Assembly: GCA_963775685.1 (NCBI GenBank)
Contig: CAVZJV010000005.1
Location: 37,022-101,021 of the forward strand
DNA from: Candidatus Bathyarchaeota archaeon
GTDB taxonomy: Archaea > Thermoproteota > Bathyarchaeia > Bathyarchaeales > Bathycorpusculaceae
Direction: 5' to 3'
Length of the DNA: 64,000 nt
This document shows, in pieces, positions 12,101 to 21,452 of this stretch. How positions within the stretch are numbered: the first letter of the stretch is position 1; each line of letters opens with the position of its first letter. A program made the position numbers and the translations under genes. The notes beneath the pieces are model-generated. The model searched no databases and was not told the DNA's origin. It saw only the letters and a list, made by a program, of their open reading frames with translations.

Positions 12101-12620
12101 TCTATCTGATGATTTTTCAAGTACCTCATCCCAATATGCTAGTCAAACGGGGGTATGGTTAATTGAAAATGGTGAATTAGAACAGACACAGAAGACGTCC
12201 TATGTAGATGCAACAATTACCGCTGGAAATCAACTTTGGACAGATTACACCGCTACAGTGCAAGCAAAAAGTATCGGAAAGTTATCTGATGATATAGCAC
12301 TTCAATTTCGTTACCAAGACTCCAACAATTCTTACGATTTTAGGATGCAATCCGACCTCTTAAGGCTCGGAAAATTCGTTAACGGTTCGTACAGTCCAAT
12401 CGTCAGCTCTACAAGCTACACAGTGGAAGGTAACACATGGTATAAGTTGAGTGTTACAGTCAAGGGTAATAATATCGTGTGCTACTTAAACGACCAACAG
12501 GTGTTCAATGTGGTCGACAACTCGTTCAGTAAGGGCCAGATTGCTCTGCGCACGGAAGGCATCACAGCTGCATTCGACAACTTAACTGTCCAAACTAGCC
12601 GACCATCTGGCGCAACTTAA
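9105..12620 (+). CDS. 1171-aa multi-pass membrane protein (GT-C-like N-terminus) with a large extracytoplasmic region and a C-terminal DUF1080/LamG-type lectin-fold domain
   Basis: About 15 or more predicted TM helices over the first roughly 640 aa. The C-terminus (WLIENGELEQ...TDYTATVQAKS...LQFRYQDSNNSYDF...GQIALRTEGITAAFDNLTV) matches the concanavalin-like DUF1080 pattern. I did not see a WWDYG AglB motif. Confidence 0.7.
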   Translation: MKIKLNLENLCWIIPSIVISIIVLWIINGILGFILSGIAALLLFCAFKLLNSRDSSLIVLSVDQKSAKSLKSLLYVFAFLSLLSVFLVNPLNTSYADWSSISLLNYLRAISAFLITSFFGGYFVLDLLGFNEKISRIEKVLYSFILSVLITVTSTYYFSVYIKEFSIIPLISISSCLLLLAIIRFLWKQSRSCGTDNTIKSKISLSSIILLLVILFAFFGLLSIFSENSTLISGDMWRQNGWGVMITRGVFPKALEIFDNYLAANLALSGIPILNMHTLLVFPFAALLILSFYLMVNSLFNSAKKSALSTIFFTIGGGFGGSLFLYSYLTGPSNSQALLENISAQTILDTRYTYGSPFWFAESIFSFISVFVLLHFLNTEKSKNRLYLLIIPAAIFIGYITRPEIAIFFLALIIFSLLYRERGSREHIKRISIASLLGLVLTLAYFNPSNNGFIAILLLLTCSSIAIITLIIVSLNYKVKIQASIKRRLPIFLGLIYFIGLSFLVWFDMRPDIQNNFDKIYAIGVVPWYAYFLLLGLPAIIAMIGVIFYFGTLREDLKKPLKLFLVLSLLFILIGRFLSFINTQTTFSLPFWEIRTAFWARIFIAVCAACLLIPIFNSTKTRYYKHARFSSSSKKLVKILVIGCIISVVVVVGVSSTILRTEYWTNFAQYGTAGEGQTTVSPSELEAIDFLRLNTKPYSQTITLTALSWDKVKYFGGIPNTFDRTSLFFDATQSAFLLRTLSTQDFIYVDQGDQFYLDQPYKNSYLVTNYLPYLPVPFNYSNVAIYEIPEISPPNSNASLAIVTPGTGFTFADDRLSTWDLHAQSRTIKNITTTSSSSIFTLSGYLTTSSRDYYLLSQPVINMNTNDFPTLSIKWKSTDSCATFNVKYSDGTYLTEYTGSKLISQSMPDWTVTTTNQPTNKTVTEIIVGIDDRTDIQVDGLQSVSIDYIAFRSNDRPQVSALTKLLAASNVDYAIVSDQDPNLCQYPQLLLASDINTYDLSDDFSSTSSQYASQTGVWLIENGELEQTQKTSYVDATITAGNQLWTDYTATVQAKSIGKLSDDIALQFRYQDSNNSYDFRMQSDLLRLGKFVNGSYSPIVSSTSYTVEGNTWYKLSVTVKGNNIVCYLNDQQVFNVVDNSFSKGQIALRTEGITAAFDNLTVQTSRPSGAT

Positions 12621-12654
12621 CCGCTATGTCGACGCCATAAAAAGTGGATTACAA

Positions 12655-13773
12655 TTGACTGTTCTAGGGGACCAAAATTTGGGTTACTTTGCATCGCTCA
12701 TGAAGCTCTACTATGGAAACGAAACATCAGTCGACTCCATTAGATACAACAATCTCACCGTTGCCACAACAACTACAGCGGTCACAACATTAAACTCAGG
12801 GGTAAACACACAAACTATCGGTGCCTACTGGGAAGGCAACACTTCAAAAACGGCCTTTGCACTATCAACCAACTTTGGCGCCGGTAAACTAATTTACATA
12901 AACAGCGGCCCCAGCCAAACCATAATTAATGCATCGCCAAGCGATTTAAAGTGGCAGTTGTTATCAGAGATGGGTAAATTGATTGGTTCAATCGCTGGAG
13001 CACAACCCACTGACTATAGTGCCATTTCTAAATGGAATTACGACATAGCACAAGATGCTACACTCACTGGAACGGTCAACGTATCAACGACGCAGCTGCC
13101 TTTTGCAGTAACAACCATACAAACTGACAACATAACCCTCTCATCTAATAGTTCCAAATCCACACAAATAACAAACGTCACTATAACCAGCATCAACGTG
13201 CAAGGAACAACCGGATCGACTATAACCGCAAACAGAACACAGTTTTCCTCGTTCAGCACGGGTTCCTACACGGCGCTCGATTTTCCAGACGGATGCCAGT
13301 GGACCATAAAATTGGATGATGACTCTTCCGTTGCTATCAATTACAATAACGGCACAGGCATACATACGGTTACAGCCAAAGGCGGAACAATCAATCTCCA
13401 TTCACCCTCCACGACTCTTCTAACAAACAAACCGCGGATAACTGTTCAAGGACAAACAAACTTCACTAAAGCATACATAGGTTGGATTGGCTCCACAGAC
13501 AAAGTACCCAGTGAAGGAGACCAGTTTACAATAAAAGGCAACGCATCCTTCACTATCGACTGCATGGATCGTACAACCGCACTGCTATCCAACTTGGTAT
13601 ATACCGGATCTGCCAGTACCTCGAAAGCTGCATCTATTATTCCGTGGAATGAAATGGATATTCCTTGGTACACAATCTTAACATCGCCTTATCATCTTCT
13701 CCTAATAACCTCAATTATCGTTGCTATACTTGCATGGTTTGGTTTGAGTAAACTAAAAGCTTGCAAAAGATAA
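12655..13773 (+). CDS. T/S/N-rich surface protein with a C-terminal TM anchor; possibly the continuation of 9105-12620
   Basis: C-terminal TM helix plus basic tail (LLLITSIIVAILAWFGLSKLKACKR), many N-x-S/T sequons, no signal peptide and a TTG start. Sense-like codons extend upstream to 12586 without a start codon, so an indel-split fusion with the upstream gene is possible. Confidence 0.55.
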   Translation: MTVLGDQNLGYFASLMKLYYGNETSVDSIRYNNLTVATTTTAVTTLNSGVNTQTIGAYWEGNTSKTAFALSTNFGAGKLIYINSGPSQTIINASPSDLKWQLLSEMGKLIGSIAGAQPTDYSAISKWNYDIAQDATLTGTVNVSTTQLPFAVTTIQTDNITLSSNSSKSTQITNVTITSINVQGTTGSTITANRTQFSSFSTGSYTALDFPDGCQWTIKLDDDSSVAINYNNGTGIHTVTAKGGTINLHSPSTTLLTNKPRITVQGQTNFTKAYIGWIGSTDKVPSEGDQFTIKGNASFTIDCMDRTTALLSNLVYTGSASTSKAASIIPWNEMDIPWYTILTSPYHLLLITSIIVAILAWFGLSKLKACKR

Positions 13774-13933
13774 TTTGAATTGTACAATAAGGAAGCTTGG
13801 GTAGATAACGAACTTTGAAAACATACACGAGGGCTTATTAGTAACAATCACCCAAAAAATTAAATTCAGGCATCGGTGACATGTTTCAACAATCAGGATT
13901 ACATAATCAATTTAACATAGAGTATTCAAACGG

Positions 13934-15664
13934 ATGACTAAACAACCGAAAGCGCTTGCTGGTTCAGCCCTCGTTTTAATGCTCTCAATACTAATTTCAG
14001 GCGTGAGCGCCGTTGATTACACTGCCTCCTTTGTCGGGGACTTCCAAAATAATAGTTATTTAGGATTTAGAACCGCAATTAATCTGAGCGAAACCCCTCA
14101 TCTAGGAGTATCCAATATCAGTGGCTTAGTGGGTTATTGGAATGCAAACGAAGGTTCTGGCAACATTACGCACGACTCAAGTGGTAATGGTAACAACGGA
14201 ACACTTTATGGTCCTGTCTGGGTGAATTGTTCTTGTGGTTCTGCCCTTAGTTTCGATGGAGTAAATGACTATGTCCAAATATCTAATCGAACATCTCTCA
14301 TTCTTAGAGATCAGTTTACGCTTTCTTTCCAGTTTAGTCCCGCTACCCTTAAGAACCAAACCCAGGCGCTAATAGGAAAAAGCAACGCATACCCAAATTA
14401 TGAATATTATGTATATTTAGAAACAGACGGTCGCTTACGTGCTGGAGTGCATACGAATTCGGATTCTGGGGATGTCTTCAGTAATTCGAATGCACGATTA
14501 GTAGCAGGTGGAAATTATAGTATTACAATCACTTGGATATATCCTGGACAAACAAAAATTTACATTAATGGGAACTTGCAAGGTTCGGCAGCAGCTCATA
14601 ATGATCCTCTTACCAGTATCGGGGAGCTGGTTATTGGTGATTTACGTGTTGGCAGAGGATTGTACTCATCAGGTGTCTTCGACAATATTCGTGTTTACAA
14701 TCGCACCCTAAGCGCCACTGAAGTCGTAGCTTTATACTTACAACCTGATCCCACTTATTCCGACGGATACTTTACCTTTCAGGATTCTACAACAAATAAT
14801 ACATTACTCATACACGTTGATAATGCTGACTTAAACAGCGGTAACTCGACATTGGTGACGTGCACTGATTTTTTTGCAGACAACCGATTGACTTTTACCG
14901 CTAACAACAGTGCAACTCTCATTTTATGGTCTAACCTTGAGAGACCTGTGTATACAACTGGTACTTGGAACAGCAATACCTATACTACTACTTTAACGCT
15001 TAATGACTCCTCAATCGGCGAATTAGACTGGAACCACGGCGTGCCTCCCTCTGCCTCACTCGCCTCCTCGAATTCAAGTTATGCAGGTAACGCTACCTTA
15101 TTCTGCGCTTTATGGACTGATAATCGAAGTCTATCAGGGGGCGGGTACATTTTTAGCACAAATAATACTGGGCAGTGGGTTAATGCATCTTGGGTGGCTT
15201 TCTCGTCTACTCCATGTTGGGGCAATGCCACGTTGACCTTGAAAAGTAAGGTTGGGTCGGTTGTTGGCTTTCGTGAGTTTGCTAATAACTCTTTTGGTTT
15301 TTGGGGGGACTCTGGAATTTATGATTTTACAACTACTAATGGTACAGTTACACCTACATCAACTCCTAGTTCAACTCCAATAATTGTTTCAGCAGTTACG
15401 CCCACTCCGAATTTAACTCCCGCTACAACTTCAACTGGGAACCAAACTGCAACATCTACATTGCAACATGAAACCAATTCCTTAGCAACTCAAACAATAA
15501 TGTTCACAGGAGCAACCGGCTCTGTATTGATTGCCTTAACTGCTTTCGCTTTCAAAAAAGGATACATAAAAGTAGAGGTTATAGAAGAGGAGAGCAACAC
15601 TGACGATGAGAATAAACAAATTAGAATAGGAAGCAGGAAAGAAAACGCAGACTACTCAATTTAG
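13934..15664 (+). CDS. secreted LamG (laminin-G_3/concanavalin-like) domain protein with a PT-rich linker and C-terminal TM anchor
   Basis: Signal peptide present. GLVGYWNANEGSGNITHDSSGNGNNGTLYGPVWV...ALSFDGVNDYVQI and VFDNIRVYNRTLSATEV are the classic LamG_3 signature. A T/P/S linker and a TM helix lie near the C-terminus. Confidence 0.8.
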   Translation: MTKQPKALAGSALVLMLSILISGVSAVDYTASFVGDFQNNSYLGFRTAINLSETPHLGVSNISGLVGYWNANEGSGNITHDSSGNGNNGTLYGPVWVNCSCGSALSFDGVNDYVQISNRTSLILRDQFTLSFQFSPATLKNQTQALIGKSNAYPNYEYYVYLETDGRLRAGVHTNSDSGDVFSNSNARLVAGGNYSITITWIYPGQTKIYINGNLQGSAAAHNDPLTSIGELVIGDLRVGRGLYSSGVFDNIRVYNRTLSATEVVALYLQPDPTYSDGYFTFQDSTTNNTLLIHVDNADLNSGNSTLVTCTDFFADNRLTFTANNSATLILWSNLERPVYTTGTWNSNTYTTTLTLNDSSIGELDWNHGVPPSASLASSNSSYAGNATLFCALWTDNRSLSGGGYIFSTNNTGQWVNASWVAFSSTPCWGNATLTLKSKVGSVVGFREFANNSFGFWGDSGIYDFTTTNGTVTPTSTPSSTPIIVSAVTPTPNLTPATTSTGNQTATSTLQHETNSLATQTIMFTGATGSVLIALTAFAFKKGYIKVEVIEEESNTDDENKQIRIGSRKENADYSI

Positions 15665-15797
15665 GACTTAGCAAACTGGAAAAGAATAAGGCTCGAATAA
15701 GCAGAATGCTCACTTGAAGCTAAATGCAACTTTCTTTTGTTGAAAAATAATCTTGGGAAAGAAATCGCAAAACTAGCTATAACCCAGTTGGGTCTTT

Positions 15798-16010
15798 CTA
15801 TTGTTTCTTTAGAAAGCTCCAACCTGCCAACATTGCGCTGGATATAACTATAAACGTTGAAAAAATCGCTTCTATCGTAATTATGTACTCGTTTGGTTCA
15901 ATCAAGGTTAGCGTATGTGAACTTCTAAAATACATCGACAATAGGATAAAAGCTATGAATAACGAATTCGCAAAATTTGCCGCAAACCAAAAAACCCATC
16001 TTAACTTCAT
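15798..16010 (-). CDS. possible small 2-TM membrane protein
   Basis: ORF 15798-16097. The internal start MKLRWVFWFAANFANSLFIAFILL gives two hydrophobic helices. There is no other support. Confidence 0.3.
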   Translation of the reverse strand: MKLRWVFWFAANFANSLFIAFILLSMYFRSSHTLTLIEPNEYIITIEAIFSTFIVISSAMLAGWSFLKKQ

Positions 16011-16545
16011 TTTAACTACCTCTGAAAATAGATTGTTGCAAAATTGAAGAGAAGCATAAGCTATTGAAGGCAGACCTTTGCTTCTGTGGTTCTGCATTTA
16101 AGGCATTTAATTGTTGTTGCTGTTTGTATTGAGATTCTGCCTTCATGTACCTTTCTCCTAATTTCTAAAGTGAGACCATTAAGGCTTAAAAGAGATATTT
16201 CACTCAACGGAATATATCCAAAAGTCAAGTAATTTGATGGAATGAACTTTAATCAACAAGAATGTAACAGAAACCTCGTAGAAATTTTCTTCTTGCCGAG
16301 TCTACTCGCAGTTTTAGGGCAGTCATCAAAAAACTAATGTTCTATTTAATTAGACCAGTAGGACACTGCAGGACCAAGAAAGTTTCTATTCGACAAATCT
16401 GCAGAGTTCATTGCAGGAAGTTTTGTTTTGCTTTGGCTATAAAAAGTAGCCTTGGATACCGCGAACTGCTTCATGTGTTTTCTCAAAAGCACACCCAACA
16501 AAGCTGCGGCAAAGAATCAGGCAATCTAAACTCTAAAATGATAAA

Positions 16546-17109
16546 CTACCGCTGTTTAGACACGGAAACAACAAGTAGGATATTTATCAAAACTAAATAG
16601 GCAGGGAAGGCCAGCTCCGAGAAACTCCACGCTGTAGCTACCAGAAAACTTGTAATGGGACTAAACACGCCTACTACAAAAGGCCAACGCGATTCCGTCT
16701 CGGGATTACGCCATGCCTTTCTCAGAGTTGGCGCCGCCGCGACAGCATCACTTAATATCGCAAACATTATTGCGTGATTCGCATTTGCTGTCACGAACCA
16801 AAAAACTAACGCCAGACCCGATAGTGCACCACAGAGATAGTCAAATGATGAAAGCTTCCAGTACGCTTTCTTTTTGAGAAATGAGGCTGATAATATCAAA
16901 AAAGGAGAAAACCCCGACATAAACACTGGTACAACTGCCCAACCCCCACCGTTGGATATAGCGGCGGCAGTGGCTATGAAAGGAGCAATAGACCACATAA
17001 GCCAGGTTACTCTGTTGGGCCTTACCTGACCCTTAAACATGCAACGTATGTAGACTAATGCAGCCAGTAGAGACGCAAAGGCCGCAACAAGCACAAGCAA
17101 CTCAAACAT
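16546..17109 (-). CDS. integral membrane protein (about 6 TM)
   Basis: 187 aa dominated by hydrophobic helices. I cannot assign a family with confidence. Confidence 0.6.
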   Translation of the reverse strand: MFELLVLVAAFASLLAALVYIRCMFKGQVRPNRVTWLMWSIAPFIATAAAISNGGGWAVVPVFMSGFSPFLILSASFLKKKAYWKLSSFDYLCGALSGLALVFWFVTANANHAIMFAILSDAVAAAPTLRKAWRNPETESRWPFVVGVFSPITSFLVATAWSFSELAFPAYLVLINILLVVSVSKQR

Positions 17110-17431
17110 ACCTTAACTAAAGGCATAAATCGAATATTTTAAGAGCATATCATAAGAGAGAAATAACCCATCGATTGACACAAAAGCCCCTGTCAAGTAT
17201 ATACCCGATTTCAAATAATTTTCTTAAAGGTCTTTTAGAAAATTGAGCGGTAAATTTGATATGAAAAAAATGTGGCAGCTCGTTTCTATTGCAGCCTTAT
17301 TATCTCTGACTTTGATATTCGGGCTCTTGCAACTTTATCGTTATGGTGTTTTTCAGCGTGTAACTTGACGTGTTCAACTGCGTCTTCTGCTCCAAAGGGC
17401 GTCTTTAACTGAAAACCTATTCCTTTGCGTT

Positions 17432-18790
17432 TTAAAATTTTGTTAAGTGGCTTCTCGATTCATTTTTCACGTAAATCTTTCGCGATGCGATCGAGGTCGT
17501 TACTACTAATATTGTTATGGCTGCTACTATGAACAGCACCGGAGGATTCTCGGAGATGATTTGCGCGTTAGTGTCGATACCTATTGATGGGTCATGTTCT
17601 AAGGTGTTTGACCCAAAGTATGGGTAGCAGATAAAAAGCTGCATATAGTTGTCGGCTGTGCGATAGGCAGCGGTAGTGTCTTCTAAATAAGCTTCCTGCG
17701 TTGTTTGGTTGATTATTGCTGCTTTGTTTGCGAAGTTAAAGAAGCCGGGAAGAGTCTTGTCACTTTGGGCAAACTGCATCCTGTAACTCTGGATTGAACC
17801 AGTCGGTATACTGAGGGAAGTAGTATCGAATTGTTTAGTGTTTTGCATATGAATCTGGTGCCCTCCTGCAATAATATCAGTCATAGTCGAACTACCTTCC
17901 AACAATCCAGTTGGCGCAAGCGTGCTGTTCTCAGGCACAGTTGTTTGGCCTTCATTAGCATCGCTTAAGGCAATCCCTAAATCTTGCATGTTAATGGAGC
18001 CAAAATCGCACCAAAGAGCCAAACTGCCAGCTTGTGATGGAACCGTGACACCATAATTATTATGCATAGACATGAAAAGACCTTCCATGTAGTTGGTGTT
18101 CCAACTCCAATCGTTTACGTTAAAACCCATTTCCATCTCTCCAGAACCAATCGTGTAGCTGTACAATCCATGAGGACTCTTTGTGCTTTGATTATCATAG
18201 AACCAGCAATTAAATCGGACATTATTTTGAGTAAATCCAAATTCTGAAGGTGCACCTCTTAGGGTAAAATTAAATGAAACGTATCCTGCCCCATTGCTAT
18301 CTGTGCCTTGACTGGGACCGGCTAAGTCCCAACTGCAGGCGCTAAACGGCAAAAAGGACGGGTGAAAATCAGATACCCAAGTTTGGTGAGCGTTTCCAAT
18401 CATGCCCCGAATCCCATTCATGCCCATGCCGCCGCCCATGCCATACCGATTTATCATAAGTGACTGCATGGTCTGCGGGTTTGCTTCACATTCAGCAGTA
18501 TAATAACCATTCAAGGGCAAGTACTCTATCAGACCACGGTACTTTACGCTGTAGACTTCGCTTGAATTATCGTTATAGTACCAGAGAAACATGGGTTTTT
18601 TACCTTGAGCAGGAAAAAGCACAGTTATCGATGAGCTGTTAATCTGCCACCATTGTCCATTATTTGAGACCTGAGGCTGACCAAAACTATCATCCGCGTT
18701 TTGTGCTGCAGTTTGATTAACAAAAAAAGGAACCATGGCAAAAACAAGCAAAGAAACAAACAATGCACTAAACAAGTTGGCAGTTCTCAT
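17432..18790 (-). CDS. secreted protein with a C-terminal TM anchor
   Basis: Signal peptide (MRTANLFSALFVSLLVFAMVPFFVNQTAAQ), an N/G/S/W-rich beta-type body, and a C-terminal TM helix (VLFIVAAITILVVTTSIASRK). Confidence 0.65.
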   Translation of the reverse strand: MRTANLFSALFVSLLVFAMVPFFVNQTAAQNADDSFGQPQVSNNGQWWQINSSSITVLFPAQGKKPMFLWYYNDNSSEVYSVKYRGLIEYLPLNGYYTAECEANPQTMQSLMINRYGMGGGMGMNGIRGMIGNAHQTWVSDFHPSFLPFSACSWDLAGPSQGTDSNGAGYVSFNFTLRGAPSEFGFTQNNVRFNCWFYDNQSTKSPHGLYSYTIGSGEMEMGFNVNDWSWNTNYMEGLFMSMHNNYGVTVPSQAGSLALWCDFGSINMQDLGIALSDANEGQTTVPENSTLAPTGLLEGSSTMTDIIAGGHQIHMQNTKQFDTTSLSIPTGSIQSYRMQFAQSDKTLPGFFNFANKAAIINQTTQEAYLEDTTAAYRTADNYMQLFICYPYFGSNTLEHDPSIGIDTNAQIISENPPVLFIVAAITILVVTTSIASRKIYVKNESRSHLTKF

Positions 18791-18969
18791 AAGAAATCTC
18801 TATAAGGATCATATTCCGCCCACTTTATTAAACAAATCGCAGCTGCATTGTCGGAGAAAAACAGTAAACAATTTTTTCAAATTGTTGATTTTCCTCTGAC
18901 ACTTCAGTTTCATGAGGAATAGCTTATTTCTAAATGCTTATTTGCCAATGGCCCTTTCCTCTCACAACA

Positions 18970-19563
18970 ATGATTCTGCAAAAATCGTTCTATAATCAGG
19001 ACACAATTACCGTTTCTAAGGAACTTTTGGGAAAAATTTTAGTTCATGAATCCGGCGAAGGCATGACGGCGGGCAAAATAGTTGAAACAGAAGCATATCG
19101 AGGACCTGAAGATCTAGCGGCCCACAGTTCTAAGGGCCGTCGGACAGCTAGGAACGAAGTTATGTTTGGGCAAAAGGGACGCGCTTACGTTTATTTTATC
19201 TACGGGTTGTATTACTGCTTTAACGTAACTGCGGGTAATGTGCCGGGAAAACCAGAGGCGGTTCTTATTAGAGCACTTGAACCGGTAGCGGGTCAGGAAA
19301 TTATGGCAAAACGTCGAGGACAACAAGTTAAGGTTGGTAACCTAACGAATGGTCCAAGCAAATTATGCATGGCAATGGGTATATCAAAGACTCAAAACAA
19401 AAATGACCTAACAACTCCGCCCCTGTACATTAAGGATACATCATTGGTTTCTCAAGATAATATAGCAGAGACAACACGTGTTGGAGTGGACTATTCTGGC
19501 GAGTGGAAAAATATGCCCTGGCGATTCTACATCAAAGATAACAAGTTTATCTCAGTTAAATGA
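18970..19563 (+). CDS. mpg: DNA-3-methyladenine glycosylase (Mpg/AAG family)
   Basis: ETEAYRGPEDLAAHSSKGRRTARNEVMFGQKGRAYVYFIYGLYYCFNV, AVLIRALEP and NGPSKLCMAMGI match the AAG family consensus. Confidence 0.85.
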   Translation: MILQKSFYNQDTITVSKELLGKILVHESGEGMTAGKIVETEAYRGPEDLAAHSSKGRRTARNEVMFGQKGRAYVYFIYGLYYCFNVTAGNVPGKPEAVLIRALEPVAGQEIMAKRRGQQVKVGNLTNGPSKLCMAMGISKTQNKNDLTTPPLYIKDTSLVSQDNIAETTRVGVDYSGEWKNMPWRFYIKDNKFISVK

Positions 19564-19627
19564 GATGAAAACATCTGCTTTTGTTTATGCAGTTTGTTAA
19601 CTAAACTCATCATGGCCAGTGTCTCTG

Positions 19628-20878
19628 CTACATTATGAAGGGCAGCACTGCAACCAACAAAACAAGAATTACACAAGCAAATGTTACCCCAACAGTAATT
19701 GTACGGATAGCTTTTTCACTTATCCGCTTGCCTATAGCTCTTTTCAAAGTGATATCGAAGATTCTGCCTCCATCCAAGGGGTATAATGGCAAAGCATTGA
19801 AGATTGCAAGGTTGAAGTTGACAAACCAGATCCAGAAAAGAGTGTTCGCAAGTATTTGCCATTGGGGTATCGGATTTGTGTAGAAAGGTGCTAAGAAATC
19901 TGAAAATGGCGTTAGACCAGAAGCTAAAGTTGGAGGAACCAAGTACATAGCGAGTCGATCTAAAGAGAAGGTTTGATAATTTTCTAGTCGTTGCTCAGTA
20001 AATAAGTCATAGGTGGTTATTCCCATGATGGTGCGGTTTTCGGATGAAGTTAGGTTAATTGTTGTGGAAAATCTATACTGCCAACTCTCGCCCCTTGCCA
20101 CTGTTACCTGAATTGTATCTCCAGCCGTCTTAGTATCTAATATAGCCCTTAACTCAGTGGTGTTAGTGATTGTTACATTGTCGATTGAAACAAAGACATC
20201 TTTTGGCAGTAATCCTGCAGTTTGAGCGGGCAATCCATTTGTGACGTCGTTGACGAATACGCCATCGATTACAGGTGTTAAGCTGCCAACAAGCAATAGA
20301 ACACCTAGGAGGCACACAACTGCTACAACGATGTTTGCACCAACGCCTCCAGCCATAACTTTTAGGGCAGTGCGGGGTTTTGCTTTCTTTATTTGCTCTT
20401 CGTCAACATCCACAAAAGCACCAATGGGAACAAACAAGAAAAACAGTAAGCCACTTGACTTAACATTCAACCCAGCGTTTCTAGCAATAACTCCATGTGC
20501 GCCTTCATGAACCACAATAGCGAACACTATTGCAACCCATCCATAGACTATTGGAAGCACAGGGTTAATTCCAGGCAACAACAGAATTGATCCTGGCCCC
20601 AAGTCTCGAACTACTTGACCCACCCCTGGATTAGCTAACAAACCGATGAGGCTGTTAACTACGAGGTAGAGAGCAACTCCTGCAACAAATGGTACAAGAA
20701 CAAGGCTTATCCACGAAAAATATCGCGATGTCCGCAAAGCACCTAACTTGTCAAAGACGACGGCAAACCGTTTTGTCCTAACAATTAACATTGGAAAATT
20801 GAATTCAAGTCTTGGCTGCTTACTTTCTTGCTTCTCGTCTTCAGTATCGGATGCCAAATATACAATCGCTCGACTCAA
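19628..20878 (-). CDS. M50 site-2 metalloprotease with an inserted PDZ-like domain
   Basis: HEGAHG (HExxH) in a TM helix and NALPLYPLDGG (NxxPxxxLDG). A soluble insert lies between the TM blocks. Confidence 0.85.
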   Translation of the reverse strand: MSRAIVYLASDTEDEKQESKQPRLEFNFPMLIVRTKRFAVVFDKLGALRTSRYFSWISLVLVPFVAGVALYLVVNSLIGLLANPGVGQVVRDLGPGSILLLPGINPVLPIVYGWVAIVFAIVVHEGAHGVIARNAGLNVKSSGLLFFLFVPIGAFVDVDEEQIKKAKPRTALKVMAGGVGANIVVAVVCLLGVLLLVGSLTPVIDGVFVNDVTNGLPAQTAGLLPKDVFVSIDNVTITNTTELRAILDTKTAGDTIQVTVARGESWQYRFSTTINLTSSENRTIMGITTYDLFTEQRLENYQTFSLDRLAMYLVPPTLASGLTPFSDFLAPFYTNPIPQWQILANTLFWIWFVNFNLAIFNALPLYPLDGGRIFDITLKRAIGKRISEKAIRTITVGVTFACVILVLLVAVLPFIM

Positions 20879-20995
20879 AAAACGTGATATCTAAAAAATA
20901 AACGTTTAGCAAAAAAAATGAAAAGCACTCAAAGACCCCAATATTTAGTGACATATCTACCAAAAACCATATTTCTCAGAAACTACCAAACAGCA

Positions 20996-21424
20996 TTATA
21001 AAGCTCCTCTATTTCTACGACTTTTTAAGTCGTTGTAGGCAAAATAAATTATGATCAAACTCCAAATTAGGGTAGCCGCATTTGGAGCAAGGATTAAGGG
21101 TTGCATCTGAATGTCGGCAAGGTTTGGAAAGAATGCGTAGTTGCTAAAGATTCGCTGATTTACAGTGATGGCTATTGCGAGAAAGGGCGCCCATCTCTTT
21201 CTTTTGATCAATAAAAGCATGGTTAGTGCAAACAAACACACCGCTATTGCAGCTTCGGTACCGATGATTGAGAACCCTAAGCGATAAATGCTCCATTGAG
21301 TGGCAGGGAAAGCGGCCCAAAGTGTTAATGCTAAACTATCTAAAACTATGTTTGCCGAAACTAAACGGATAAGAATTTTATGCGAATTGTTGCGCAAATA
21401 CTGTGACATTTCTATCCTTTTCAA
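20996..21424 (-). CDS. small integral membrane protein (about 4 TM)
   Basis: Hydrophobic 142-aa ORF with no recognised motif. Confidence 0.5.
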   Translation of the reverse strand: MKRIEMSQYLRNNSHKILIRLVSANIVLDSLALTLWAAFPATQWSIYRLGFSIIGTEAAIAVCLFALTMLLLIKRKRWAPFLAIAITVNQRIFSNYAFFPNLADIQMQPLILAPNAATLIWSLIIIYFAYNDLKSRRNRGAL

Positions 21425-21452
21425 CTACTGTTAGGTTGACTTTGTATAAACA

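Noticed and set aside
16337-16600. 87-aa plus-strand ORF
   Set aside because: It overlaps the 3' end of the convergent membrane-protein gene. It is Cys/Arg-rich with no recognisable features.
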